From Vicugna vicugna (taxonomy: Eukaryota), in contig MU058584.1 in assembly GCA_013265495.1 (NCBI GenBank), positions 1,710,616 to 1,774,615 on the forward strand: a stretch of DNA of 64,000 bases, in the 5' to 3' direction. Every line of letters starts with the position of its first letter. Position 1 is the stretch's first letter. This document shows, in pieces, positions 13,399 to 26,780 of this stretch. Both the position numbers and the translations under genes were made by a program. A model generated the notes under the pieces. That model had not been told where the DNA came from. It did not search any database and worked only from the letters and a program-made list of their open reading frames with translations.

Positions 13399-13949
13399 AC
13401 CTTTACTTTACAAGCAGAATGCCTGGTGACACTGGCATTCTTGGCTTGTCTCAAGAAAATGCTGGGAATATGGAACCTCTGCTAGATCACTGAGCTGGGG
13501 CAGAAAGGAACCAAGCCAGCTGTTCTCAGTCTACTGCACCCGGGGTGAGCTTCTGCCTACAAGCAGAGACTAGGTGGAGGAAGAGGGATCCCAGTCCTCT
13601 TGATCATGCAGAACAGAGCTTCTGCAACACAGGCTGGGAGAGATTTTAAAAAATAACAACAACAACAAAAACATAGTGGCTGGGCTGTTTCAGAGCGAAT
13701 TCCTAGTCCCAGACTTGGAGAGAGAAAAACAAGGCTCTCTATTTTCTTGGCCACACCTCTCTGAATCAGAGTTCTCCAAGAAGTTTCCATAAAACATAGT
13801 TTGGTGTATAATGAAGTGCGTCGTGATTCAAATGCCACAGACTCTTCTTATTCTTACAGAGAATTAATAGATTTTCTTAAGTGTGTGTTCCTCCACTTGC
13901 TGTAGGCCCTCAGGAAATTTAAATAAGAGTATCTTTTATTTTTTAAAGT

Positions 13950-16680
13950 CTTACCTCCCATTCTGTCTTCAAATCAGAACAATCTGACTTCTGCCCCATC
14001 ACTCCACACTCCACTCACGCTGCTTTTCCAGATTCATCAATGACCTAACGTTGCTACATCCGAAGGACATCTTTCAGTTGTCATCTTTCTAGACACCTTC
14101 CCAGCATGTGACAACGCCAACCCCTACCTCTGTCTTGAAGTACGTTCTTTCCCTGCCTTCTAACGACTGCTTGTGGTATCCTTCCTGCCCTTCTAAATGT
14201 TTCTCATTCTCCTTTTTGGTTCCTTCTTCTCTGTTTCCCCTAAACGGTGGTATCCCTCAACATTTTCACCAGCTGACCTCATCACTCCCACGTATTCAGC
14301 TGCCATCAGCTTCTCACCTTTACTCATCTCACTTCCTTGACTTTCAAATCCATATTAAAAATCCTCTTGGCTATCTTGTAGACTTCAGACCTTTAATAGC
14401 TGAACTCATTGTGTCTGAGGAAGTCATCATAAAGTCACATGCTCTAGCAAACTACCTTTCCTCCTGTCCTCTACAAACATTCAAGATATTTGAAGCTCTT
14501 GTAATCAAATTAGACTCCTTCTCTTCAACTGTGATCCTGGTGACTCCTCTTTCATTTACTGATGACTTGAGTATCTGACACTTTATTTCTACTCCTGCTC
14601 CCATCACGATGCCTGGTAACTTCAACCACCACCCAAATGGTCCATCCGATGCCCTGGCCTCTCAACTTCTTGATTTTATTTCCATTGACCATCTCATTTA
14701 CTCAATTCCATGTCACAGCCAAAGGAACAATCTTCGGAATCTCAATTTTTATAATATTTTTCTGTTTCTCTTTCTCTCTAATACTTCCTTTGCTTAGAGT
14801 TTACTCTAATAAACACCAGTCCAATAACTCCTCCCTCACTTAACTCCAATCCTTCAGTCAGCTACCACTATCCATACCATATCCATGCCCATTCTATGGC
14901 ACAATATCGTAATCATGCACAGTGAACACCACTGATGACTTTATTCTTTGACCTTGTAATGCCAGCTCATCAAAATTCTTAATATGGATAAAACCATATT
15001 CTTCTATTCTTTGCTTGCACTCAAATAGCAGAATATTGAGCCACTCCTTTCCTCAAATCTCCAAAACTCCCTTCCTCACCCCTCATCTTCAACTGATACT
15101 TTGCCCATAACTCATTGAGAAAATGATAAAAAAAAATAAAGGAAGTAAATAACCTCCTCTTTTCACCACCATATGTACCAATCCACTTTTACATTAACTA
15201 CATCCTTCTTACTTGGTATCCTGCTGTCTTATCCCCTTATAATCAATCCATTTTCTACACAGCAGCCAAAGAAAAGTGAGATTATGCCACTTGCCTACTT
15301 AAAAATCTTTCATTGTCTTCTCATTTCTGTTACCATAAAACTTCAATGCTTACTGAAGCTTACAATTCCCTACATGTTGGGATCCCTGCTTAATCGTACT
15401 GTCTCATGACTCATGACTCCTGGCAACCATCTGCTCACTGTACTTGAACCACATTGACCTTTTCTTTCTGAAGCATGTCAAGATCAATTCCACCTGAGCA
15501 CCTCTCATTCACAGGTTCCTCTGCCTGGGCTGCTGTGTGTCCCCAGGTCTTCACAAGGCCTTCTCTATCTCATTGTCCAGCCCATAGACATAAAGCCCAT
15601 AAAGAAGACTTCCTCCATCACCCATTCGTTGTATTGTCCAACCGGCGATCACTATCACATCCCTGTTTCCCTTCTTCTTTCTTGCCTATCATATTAACGC
15701 TCTCCATTTATCACTTCTATAACTCACTACCACATAACTATTACATTTATGCATTTGGCAGTTTGTTTACTTTCGCCATCTCAACTTGAATATAAGCTAC
15801 TTGAGGTCAGGATCCTTGTCTTTCTTGTTCTTTGCTGTATATCCAGAGTCTAGAACAGCACATGACTTAACTTGTGCTCAATTAGGATTCTTCTATGGGC
15901 TGTTTTATCTCTGCTGTTCTCTTATGTCAAAGGATGGCCCGAGCACCACATTATCTGCCCATGCCAGGAATCTCAGCTTGAATCTTTGCTTCTTTCTCTC
16001 ACCCAGTGACCATATCCAAAAATCAAATCCTGTAAAATCTGCCTCCAAAATATTTCTCAGATATGCCCACTTATCCAGATCCCCTTTGGTACAATCTTAG
16101 TTTAAGCCACCAGCATCTCATCATTGGATTACAATAACAACTTCACACAGGTCTTTACTTCTAGCCCTCCCATTTCTAATCCAGGCACCACAAAGAAAAT
16201 AAAATCTTTATAGAACAAAAACAAATTGATTCTACTGTCTAAAACACTCATGTAACTCCTTATTATCCTCCCGTTAAAGAAACACAGTGTACAAAATCAT
16301 GCATAATTTGTCCTTTGCTCTGCTTGTTAACATCTGCCTACTCTCCTCCACATAGAAGTCACAGTTCTGTACATACTGGCTACAAATAGTTAAATGCCAT
16401 CTCCAGGCTTTCTCTTACATTCATTCCTCTGGAGAATCATCTCTTGCCATCACCCCATCTTGGGTTTGGTGCCTGTCGTTTATGCTTCCACAGCACCTGC
16501 ACTTAACCTTGTCGTGGTTATCAGTGTCCTGGTGTAGCCTTATCACTGACCTGCGTGGTAGCCTTTAAGCTCTCGGAGGGAAGGAGTTGTGCTTTACTGC
16601 TTTTTCTATCACTCTGTACCTGGCACAGTTTTTAATCACATACCTGGCATTCAGTAAACACGTGCTTACTGAGTAAATTA
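13950..16680 (+). mobile_element. Cluster of LINE2 fragments, including an endonuclease-domain remnant
   Basis: TCTGACTTCTGCCCCATCACTCCAC and CAATGACCTAACGTTGCTACATCC (L2 RT region). ORF 14609-14797 'PGNFNHH...PSDALASQLLD' resembles the L2 APE GDFNIH motif. L2 3' ends near 15850 and 16620. Confidence 0.75.
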
Positions 16681-17388
16681 ATATATTCAGATACAAGTGG
16701 TACAAATAGCCATCAATAATGTTAAGATACTTGAGGGAAAAAAACTATATACTTTATTTAATATTGTGGCTAGAATGTGGTGCAAAGAACCAGCTCTTTA
16801 ATAAATGGCTCTAAATTATGATGATAAAACATGCAGGAAAAGTGTCCATGAAAGCTTGATAACTCTGCTAAAGCCACAGCTGAAGCCATTATCCTTATGC
16901 TGTTCATCTCTTGAGCCATTTTAATTTCTATGAGGCTGCACTCTTTTTTTTTTTCCTTTCATTTTCTAAGAACAATTGACTCTGCTTGCCTGGCCTGAGG
17001 ACGGCTCCTGGGTATCATTGCTCTGGCAGGTGGTTTTCATTTGCCTGTCCAGAGATGCTGGCACTCCTGCAAACATAGCTCCCGTCTCACTCCCAGCCAG
17101 ATCCCCAATGCTGCCTGCATCTGATACAATGGCTTGTTACATCCCAGAATATATGATTGCAACAGAAAAAAAAAAACAGTATCTTCCTTCAGCAACTCTC
17201 AGAAAGAAAAAAAAGAGGCTTGATTGGACTATTACATTGCAAAATATATTTTTCAACTTAAATTAAATACACTATTTTTAAAAATATTTCTTCTGAAATA
17301 ATAAAGGTTGTCCATTTAACCTCTGACAAAGGAGCTGAATTGGAGTGGGACCTCGTTGTCAAGCCCTGGCAGCTGCTGCCTTCGTTTA

Positions 17389-17402
17389 GTTTCCTAAGCA
17401 AC
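17389..17402. promoter_or_regulatory. RFX X-box motif
   Basis: GTTTCCTAAGCAAC in unique sequence. Motif match only. Confidence 0.3.
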
Positions 17403-18029
17403 CTGGAAACTTAATTATATCCAAACAACAAGGACAAGTATTTAGAGGGAGAAGATTTAGTGGAATCGCCACTATCAAGCATCTGAAAAACTGAGATCAT
17501 AGGAGGAAAGAAAATGCTATTTGATGATCAGACAAATTAGCTGCAGAAATTTCAAAACAATAATCTTCAAAAGTATCTTAGTATTTTAAATTTTTATTGA
17601 ACAATCCTCAGGTTTTCAGTGGAAGATCAGACTACAACTGTTCAAGAAATCAGCTTCAATCGTATTGCCTGGGACACTGCTTGCACCGAGGACCTGCTAA
17701 AGGTTAGATAAGGAGGTGATCTTTGAACTAGACCTTAAAGAATGGGGTAGAATTTGGATATGCAGAAGGTTTTATATATACTAATGATCACAGGTAGTCT
17801 ATTTATCCATTCAAATTCCCCATATATCGCTATCACTGTTCATCATTATATGTGCTGCTGTCCCCTGCATCAATCCACCTCTTCACCTCTGTCATAAACA
17901 CTGGCTCTGGGCGGGGTTAAAGAGCTATGATGAATGTAGTCATTTCACGTGGTTGTGGACGCAATCTCAAACTTCTGTTGAGAGTCTTTAAATGGAAAGA
18001 CCTGTAGAAATCAGATTCTGGAACAAACT

Positions 18030-18480
18030 TCCAAGTAATTTAACAATCCTTTCATCAGCACTTCTACAGATGATCAGAGAGTCGGTTTCGACGTGGCTCG
18101 TTAACGAACTTTCTCCAATTCATTTAACAGTGTTATTGGACAATTCTAATTGAGGGTCTTCTTTGTATTAAACCAGAATCTGCCTCTCCATGTATTATAC
18201 CCATTGGTTCTAGCTATCCCTTCTAACCAAAGCTAAACCCATTTCTATTTTATTGAACATTCTTATATTTGCTGTTCCTCACTTTTTTCCCCTCTTCCCC
18301 ACACTAATTATTTCTATTCCTTCCAGTCAATTTTCAGTTTCTGAAGAATAAGAGATTTGGAAATCAAAGGGGTATTTCCTCCATCATCAGATTTATGTCT
18401 TTCCCTTCCATAATTTTATCCTCTCGATTCCAATCTGCTTCCCAGTACTGAATAAAACTGTTCACTACTTTTTATCTGAC
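18030..18480 (-). mobile_element. CR1/L3 LINE fragment
   Basis: TCTTCTTTGTATTAAACCAGAATCTGCCTCTCC...ACCCATTGGTTCTAG resembles the antisense CR1/L3 3' ORF2. Confidence 0.55.
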
Positions 18481-19402
18481 AAGACTCTAAAATGAAAAAG
18501 ACTCACTTGTTCCCACACCAGGCAGCAAACCCCATACCCTTGATTGTCATTTTCAACAATTCATTTCACTGCTCTGAATAAAAGGTGGTAGCTCACCTTT
18601 CAGACTTGATTACCCTGCAGAGCATCCAAGCACGTTTCCATTGGTCTGTGGCACAGTCTGCCCTGTTGTGCTCCTCTCTGAGCAGATCCGAGTCTCTGGG
18701 ACGGCAGAGATGTGCTCCCCATATCAAATTTGCTTACTGTGGAAAATAGAAGAGAATGATTATTTATTCAAACAGTCGCTTGTCTTTCTCTGTGCGGCCA
18801 AAATGATTTGCTCACTGACTCCCAAATAATTCTTGTCAATTACCACCTCAGATTGTTTCGATTTTTAAGTTTTTATTTCTGGAATTTATTTTCTGCTTGC
18901 CTCTGTGTCAATTCATTCTTCAGATTTTTAGACTTTTTTTTATACACACTGTTACAGTCCTACATTTGCTTCAGAAATGCCCTTCAACTCTTGTATGTAG
19001 GTATCCTTTGAGCTACTGAATAGGAAGACGGACATCTATTACTGATGGAGATGTTCATAAGTGCTTTTCCATTTATTTCTCCAAGTAGACTGAATGTTTC
19101 TTAAAATTAATTATTATTTTCTTCACTTTTCCTCCATCCAGCCCCAGTCCAGGACCTAATTCAGAACTTCTTGGTTCCTATTGCATGCTTGAAGAAGAAA
19201 AAAAAACAAAAAACTAGGAACTTCTTAAAGTATTTAACTTTATTTTTGAATCCAATACATAGAAGATGTAAATAGTTTATTTATAGTAACAAACATATCT
19301 TTGAAGCAAAATTGTGATAAATATGTAAATATAAATATAGACCTAGGTAAAATGCTACATGTATATAAATTTAGTATAAAGTTTAAAACCAGAAAACTGA
19401 AA

Positions 19403-19432
19403 AAAGAAGAAAGAAAGAAAGAAAGAAAGAAA
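19403..19432 (+). repeat. (AAAG)n microsatellite
   Basis: Seen directly. Confidence 0.95.
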
Positions 19433-20564
19433 TGATGGTCATAATCCTATACACTAAACCATTTAAAGAGCTGAATCTCTATTCAAATTTTAAGAGAGAA
19501 CTAGAAACAGGCCTTCATTCTGATGTTTAGTAAATCCTCATTAAGACAGAGTTCTTCCATTTGTTCAGATAGTCACAATTCCCCTGCCCTTCACAGTTCT
19601 CTAAAGCATCATGAAAACACAGCATCTCTTCCTATAAACGCAGAGAGTCACAAAAAACAGTTTCATGTTACATGGGTGACTGCTAAAGAGACCTTTAGAA
19701 ATCTTTCTAATTTGTGAGCCCTCAATTTTAGCAGAAGCAGTGAGTGAAACAAGTTGGTCTAACCTTCTTGTGCTACTCAGGTTTCTAGCCGTGTCTGAGC
19801 TAGTCTGCTGTCTGGGCGGTCGTAAGGAATCCATACAATGTCTGAATATTTATCAAGTTGTTTTTATCAGGGTTTCCTTTGATGACTTCGAGCTTCATGG
19901 CTCTCAGATCACACCTCCTAGATGAAGCACTGGACTGTGAAATGGCTTATAGAATCACCCCCTCCCCCCGCCCATCTCAAGGAGCCAGGTCTTAGCATTC
20001 ACCATCCTTCTTAGTGGAGGAAGAAATACACATAAAATGCTTTGTTCCCCTTAAATAAGAGCCTGGTTAGAAATACTGATCTACAGATTTTTTTGGTAGT
20101 AACCTCTTTGCATATGTCATAAGCCCAAACCATATGCAGAAGAACAAGTTAAATACACAGTCTTATAACTGGTCTTCACAAAACTGAGCAATATAAAGAG
20201 ACTCTATAGTTGGAGCCAACCCATTCACGGACATAAAATAACGCCAAACTATTGTGAGATCAGTAACAGTATGAACAAGAAGCACTTGTAGGTGAACAAT
20301 TGCTTGACCAATGGGAGAAAGCTGTCTGCAGCAGCATGAATTCTTAGTTTTTCTCTTCCTGACAAATATTGGGGTAGCATATGAGGGCTACCTTCTATAG
20401 GAGATAGACAAAGACATAAGCTGTTCCCAGACATCTTTATTCAGCATATTTAACAAGTCTACTCTAGAGGAAAACAAAAGTCTGATATTCCACTGATGAG
20501 TAGTGTTATAAATCAGAACAAAGTAGATTTATAGACATTCACCTTGTGAAGACTTTAGATCTTA

Positions 20565-21443
20565 GATTCTATGTCTGTGAGTCTATTTCTGTTTTGTATT
20601 TATAATTTTTTTTTTTAGATTCCACATATGAGCTATCTCATATGGTATTTTTCTTTCTCTTTCTGGCTTACTTCACGTAGAATGACATTCTCCAGGAGCA
20701 TCCATGTTGCTGCAAATGGCATTATGTTGTCAGTTTTTGTGGCTGAGTAGTATTCCATTGTATAAATATACCACACCTGCTTTATCCAGTCATCTGTTGA
20801 AGGACATGTTGTGTTGAACATTGAGGTGCAGGTGTCATCCTGAAGTAGGGTTCCTTCTGGATATATGCCCAGGAACGGGATTCCTGGGTCATATGGTAAG
20901 TCTATTCCTAGTCTTTTGAGGAATCTCCATACTATTTTCCACAGTAGCTGCACCAAACTGCATTCCCACGAGCAGTGAAGGAGGGTTCCCTTTTCTCCAC
21001 AGCCTCTCCAGCATTTGTCATCTGTGGATTTTTGAATGATGGTCATTCTGACTGGTGTGAGGTGATACCTCATCGTAGTTTTGATTTGCATTTCTCTGAT
21101 AATTAGTGATATTGAGCATTTTTTCATGTGCCTATTGATCATTTATATGTCTTCCTTGGAGAATTGCTTGTTTAGGTCTTCTGCCCATTTTTGGATTGGG
21201 TTGTTTACTTTTTTCTCATTAAGTCTTATGAGCTGCTTATATATTCTGGAGATCAAGCCTTTGTTGGTTTCATTTGCAAAAATTTTTTCCCATTCCATAG
21301 GTTGTCTTTTTGTTTTACTTATGGTTTCCTTTGCTGTGCAGAAGCTTATAAGTTTCATTAGGTCTCATTTGTTTATTCTTGCTTTTATTTCTATTGCTTG
21401 AGTAGACTGTTCTAGGAGAACATTTTTGAGATGTATGTCAGAT
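20565..21443 (-). mobile_element. Young lineage-specific L1 fragment (ORF2 C-terminus, disrupted)
   Basis: ORFs 21143-21358 and 20633-21142 translate to L1 ORF2p ([12 protein letters not shown]...[59 protein letters not shown]). It has in-frame stops and a short internal deletion near 20805. Confidence 0.97.
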
Positions 21444-22599
21444 CTTACATACCAAATCTTGGTCAATGCAGAACAAACAAGAATCTGATTTCTCATATCA
21501 TGTCCCATTATAAGGAAGTAACTAGTCTAAGAGTCACCAGCATAAAACCTAGATCGGGATACCCAAGTGGTTTGTCAGATAGAGAACAAGCCTACAAAAG
21601 AAAAAGGACGAAATTAAACAAAGAGTGTAAGGAAGTTTGTCAAATAACAGTAGGACCACATTATAGGGACATAAGTGTTTTAATTATGGTTAGTTAAATA
21701 CTCATTTTTATGATATTATCTGTATAATATACTGTATGTGGCACATTAAAGGAGCTTCAATTCTCTTCTACTTGTCTTTTTTCATTATCTTTGTATACAG
21801 AGTCCCAGGAAAAGAACATCCTCGAGAATTGTTATAGTTCTATATCTCGAAAAGAACTCATTGAAATAAGTGGACAAAACTGTCAATTACAAAGTTTTGT
21901 TGCATAAATGGGAAGATAGTACAATGGTTCTTTTAACCTCAGTTTCTGCAAAAATTTGTTGTTGGTGTTAACACAGATTATACCTAAAGTAGCTAGTATA
22001 GTGTCTGTTAATAGGAAATATACAATAAAAATTCATTCTTTTTTTACTATTAATTTGTGTTGCTTTCCCACTTCATGTTGTCCTCTTGAATACTATTTGT
22101 TCTTTTCCAAATCAGTACACAATGTTCTTTTCTGGAAATATCTTATAACTTTGGAGTGGGATCCTACCTTTAGATGGGACACAAATTTAATTATCCCTGA
22201 AAAGAACTGCCTTCATTCAGGGACAGCAGAGGGCTTATAAACATCCATGGAATATTTACAGGGAAGTAGACAATAAGTCTAGCATTATCACACAATCCAG
22301 ATGTTCCACTGGCATTTATTTAGTCATCTGTCACTTCCCTTAGCCATAACTTGCCCTTAATTTAAGAGGCAATTCTATTCAGAGTTATCTTTTTAAAAAG
22401 GTATTTTCTCATCAAAATCTTGAGTCACTTGATATTTTGAGAGTGATGTGTCTACTATATAGAAATAATATTACAATAGGTAGATAAGTGAGTTAAGAAA
22501 ACCATCAGGATTTAAGAACATCCCGTATAGCATACAAAAATAGAAGAAAATTAGAAGATTAAAAAAAAAGTGTAGGAAAATAATTGACTGATACCCAGT

Positions 22600-22930
22600 T
22601 TGATCTCCCATCTTTAAATGGCTGCTCTAAGTTCTGCTCCAAAATGGTGTCAGAGCTTTCACTGCTGTCATCAATTGCCATCAGCACTGCCTTTAACTGA
22701 CATAATCACTGATTGTTACAATTACTGCCCATTAGTATAGAGTAAAATTAGAGTCTCAGTCATATAGAATTGCCCATTATGTCTGTAGAATACACAAAGT
22801 TCATCACTTATGATTAACATTACCAGAGTGAATTCAAAAGAAATTATAAAAGACCTGTCACTTTATAATGCCACCAGATGTGAATATCAGAAATGAAGTA
22901 CAAACTGTCAAAACTCAGCGTTCTGCTATG
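22600..22930. promoter_or_regulatory. Candidate conserved non-coding element or enhancer
   Basis: Non-repeat block with several TGTCA/TGACA TALE sites (22665, 22698, 22855, 22905), TAAT cores and TGCCCATTA twice. Confidence 0.4.
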
Positions 22931-23309
22931 GAACACCCATATTTATATGTAAAAGTATGGAGAATTAGAGAAACAACGTGTTTAATGGATAGGAATTTTG
23001 AGGAACCAATACACAAGGTATATTTTTTAATAACAAAATAAAGCATGAAATACATTTGATGTAGTTAGTCCCCTTTATGAAATTCTCCCCTTATCTTTTG
23101 TTTTGTTTTTGCTTTATTTTATCTTATAAGCCCAAAGAGATGCCAAAGCATTGGTGAAAAAGGCCAAAGTGAATGTACATTTAACCCTTGACTTTATAAT
23201 TATAACAGAAACTGGCTGTTTGTAATTTTCTTGTGATAGTGATTATTGACATTCAACTTTAATTGAACACATTTTAAATAGGGGGCTCAGGAGTTAATAA
23301 AAACTGTGT

Positions 23310-23470
23310 TATGCCTGGAGCTCCAGGATCCATCATGGATCATGCAGTGACCTTAAGTTTGGGATATGCTAGGATGGTGGAACAGAAGGACAGGAGTGTG
23401 AGTCATCTGTAACTGTGGAGCTACCATTCAAGTGTTGTAATGCCTATCAAATACAAATTATATGATAAAA
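23310..23470 (+). mobile_element. Old MLT1 (MaLR) LTR fragment
   Basis: ATGCCTGGAGCTCC...CCATC...ATGCTAGGATGGTGGAACAGAAGGACAGGAG...GTGGAGCTACCAT. Confidence 0.55.
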
Positions 23471-23739
23471 AAATACTGGAAATATTCAGTAAAAGAAAAA
23501 ACATTTCCACTTTGTAGACATCAGTAGCTATGAAATATTTATGTTTCAACTAGGTGGCACCAACCTTATATATATTTCAAATATATTAATAAAATCTTAG
23601 TTATAAAATTATAAGCCTATATGTGTTAGTAATAACAAAGGTATCCATCCCACCCCCAGAAGTACCTACTTTTAACTGTTACATGTGTATATCTTCAGAC
23701 TTTTTCTATACGTATAAAAATGAATCAAAGCAAAAATCA

Positions 23740-25110
23740 AAAGGCAGAGACTGACAGAACAGATTTTTTAAAAACCATAATGCAACTATCTATGTCTACA
23801 AGATATATAATATATACTTCAGATTCAAAAAAATAGTAAAAGAATGTAAGAATATATAACATGAAAGCATTAACAAAAAACAGCTGGAGTGACTGTACTA
23901 ATATCACACAAAATAGATTTTAAAATGAAAATTGTTACTAGAGACAATGAAGGATATTTTATAATGATATGAAAGTTAATTCATCAGTAAGGTAGAATAA
24001 TTATAAACATATGCATATCTAACAACAGAACTCAACCTTCTACTCAACATTGTACTGAGATTCTAAGATATAGGCTAAATAATCAAATAAATCAATGTCA
24101 TCTGTATTGGAAAGAAAGAGGTAAACTACAGTTATTCACAGATGACATAATATATGTAGAAAAGCATAATAATTAAGGATTCCACAAAACACTCTATTAG
24201 AATTAATAAGTGATTTTCCTAATGTGGTGGAATATAAGAGCAACCTATACAAATCAGTTGTATTTCTGAACATGAGCAATATAGATTCAAAAATAAAACT
24301 AAGAAAAGAATTTCATTTATGATAACATCAGAAACAATAAAATGCTCAGTAATAACTTTAGGAAAAGAACTGCAACACTTGTACATTGAAAACTAAAAAA
24401 CATTTTATAATAAATTAAGAAGGACTTAAATAAGTGGAAAAATAACCTATATTTATGAGCTACTCTTAAGATGGCAGTACTCTCAAAATTGATTTACAGA
24501 TTCAGTGAAATCCTTCTCAAAATCCTAGATTTCTTTCTGCAGACTTTGATAGGCTGATGCTAAAATACATATGGAAATGCAAAGGACCTAGTATAGCCAA
24601 AACAATCAAGAACAAGAAACAAAGAAAGATATCCATGGTGGGTGTCTACCTTGAAAAATATGAATGAGAAATTATCATCCATGATAATGGATAACCAAAA
24701 ATGATATATTTATACTGTGGAATATTATTCAGCAATAAAAAAGAACTGAAGTACTAATATATGCTACATGTATTAACCTTGAAGATATCAAGCTGAATAA
24801 AAAAAGCCAGTCATAAAGACTTCATATGGTATTACATTTATGCAAAATATCTAGAACATGCAAGTCCTTAAATACAGAAATAAATTTATGTTTACTTGTG
24901 ACTGGGGAAGGGAAGGTGATGAAGAAATAGAGAATGACTGCTAATGTGTACATGGTTCTTTTGGGGAGTACTGAAAATATTCCAGAATTAAATTTTGATA
25001 ATGCTTACACAGCTCTGTGAATATATACCAAAAACCATTAAACAGTCTATTTTAAATAGGAAAATTTTATGGTATGCAAAATATAAAATATATATCAATA
25101 AAGCTGTTAA
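23740..25110 (+). mobile_element. Old L1 with internal deletions (EN, RT and 3' UTR pieces)
   Basis: EN region CAGCTGGAGTGACTGTACTAATATCACACAAAATAGATTTT; RT region CTACTCAACATTGTACTG; 3' end ATATCAATAAAGCTGTT. Confidence 0.85.
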
Positions 25111-25124
25111 ACAAGCAAGCAAGC

Positions 25125-25176
<52 letters not shown>

Positions 25177-25195
25177 AAAAGAAAGAGAAAAGAGA
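25110..25195 (+). repeat. (CAAG)n(GAAA)n microsatellite derived from the L1 A-tail
   Basis: Seen directly, immediately after the L1 AATAAA. Confidence 0.95.
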
Positions 25196-25229
25196 CGTGC
25201 CATCAATTCAATAAGGAAATTTTTTGTAA

Positions 25230-25800
25230 AATCCTAAGGGTACAAATAAGGAAATATTTGCTTATAAAGAAATAATTGCTTATAACTATAAAAGAGATGA
25301 TTGACTAACTTTATGATTAAAAATATGTTAAAATAAAATGCGATTTTTTATTTATTTTTGCAAGGATTAAAAAATTTGGTAATGTCATTTTACATAGTAG
25401 TGAGGATGTAAACTGGAGCCAACACTGTGGGAGGCAATTTGAACAGAAAAGTAAGATGTTGATACAGACATAGGTATAAAAATATCTGAACATTTGAAAA
25501 TGCATATGTATATTAACCCACAGCTCTTTTTTCAGAACTTTATTCTAAGTATCTATAAATAAATATACAAATGTGTTTAAATCTCTATTGTTTGGTACAG
25601 TGAAAAATAGACATGTAAATATTGACAAATAGTGTGCATCATATTTATTCATAGAATTAACTATACTATGCAGCCATTATATATAAAAGATCTATAATAA
25701 TATAAAATATAATGTAAAAATCATGAGAAAGTCAAGTTGCAGTAGAGTGGTATATAATATCATTTGAAATATAAAGTAAATGTATTATCTGTAAGAATAT
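25230..25800 (+). mobile_element. Very old L1 (L1ME-like) fragment
   Basis: GATGTAAACTGGAGCCAACACTGTGGGAGGCAATTTG and TACTATGCAGCCATTA. Confidence 0.55.
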
Positions 25801-25814
25801 ACAAATATCTCTCT

Positions 25815-26780
25815 AGGTATTGAAAATACCAATTATGATTTTTAAAAGTTTATTCTGTCCATCTCTGCCTTTTGATTTATGTTTTGATTCCTTAACATGT
25901 AGTGTAATTATTTATAAGTTAGGATTTACATCCACCATTTTCCAATATATCTTTTATCCTTTTTGCTGCTCTGTTCCTCAGTTCCTATCTTTGTGTGTGT
26001 GTGTGTTGTCAGTGTGTGTGTTGTGCTGATTCTAGCATAACTGTAGTGGTTTGATTAGCATCCGTCAAAAATTCACATCCACCTGGAACGTGGAAGTGTG
26101 ACCTGATATGGTAATAGGAGCTTGACAGATGTAACTAAGGCAGGAATCAAGATAAGATTCTACTGGGTTAGTGATCAGTAAGAAGACCATGTGAAGATGG
26201 AGGTGGAAATTAGAGTTACACTGCTAGTTGCTAAGGCAACATCAGGAGCCACCAGGAGGTGAAAGAAAAGGAAGGATTTTCCTCTAGAATCTTCAGAGGA
26301 GGTGTGAGTCTGCCAATGTCTTGATTTTGGACGTTTGGAGTCCTGAACAGTGATAAAATAAATCGCTTCTTTTAAGACACTCAGTTTACAACTATTTGTT
26401 ATTAAAGCCCTAGGAAACTAATATAGTACCTTTTTAAATGTCTTATTGTTGCTTTTACTATATATATATATTTTTTTTCCTAGTGATAGCCCTTGGAATG
26501 ACAATTGGCATTTTAACTTAACAAAAAATCTAGTTCAGATTAATTCTAACAATTTAAATAGTATGCAAAGTATTTGTTCCAATATCTCTCCATTCTCTTT
26601 CCTTTTCTCTCTATTACTGATGTCATGTAAATTACATTTGTATAATTTGTAAGCCCATCAGCACACTTTTATAATTATTGCTTTGTTTAGTTACCTTTTA
26701 AAACAGGTAAGAGAAGAAAGTGTAACAGCAAAAATGCTTTTTACCTTCTTTCATAATACCTATTTTTACATATAACTCTG
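25815..26780 (-). mobile_element. Old L1 fragment interrupted by an MLT1 LTR
   Basis: T-rich antisense L1 (TTATTTATAAGTTAGGATTTACATCCACCATTTT; TAAGCCCATCAGCACAC...TTATAATTATTGCTTT). Confidence 0.55.
26042..26425 (+). mobile_element. Solo MLT1B/C-type MaLR LTR
   Basis: Begins TGTAGTGG. Contains GTGACCTGATATGGTAATAGG, CCATGTGAAGATGGAGG and GATTTTCCTCTAGAATCTTCAGAGG. Ends GCCCTAGGAAACTAATATA. Confidence 0.9.

Noticed and set aside
14108..14578. 156-aa ORF as a gene
   Set aside because: It lies within decayed LINE2 sequence and has low-complexity S/L/P/F composition.
20633..21358. 169-aa and 71-aa ORFs as a host gene
   Set aside because: They are L1 ORF2p C-terminal fragments with premature stops and an internal deletion.
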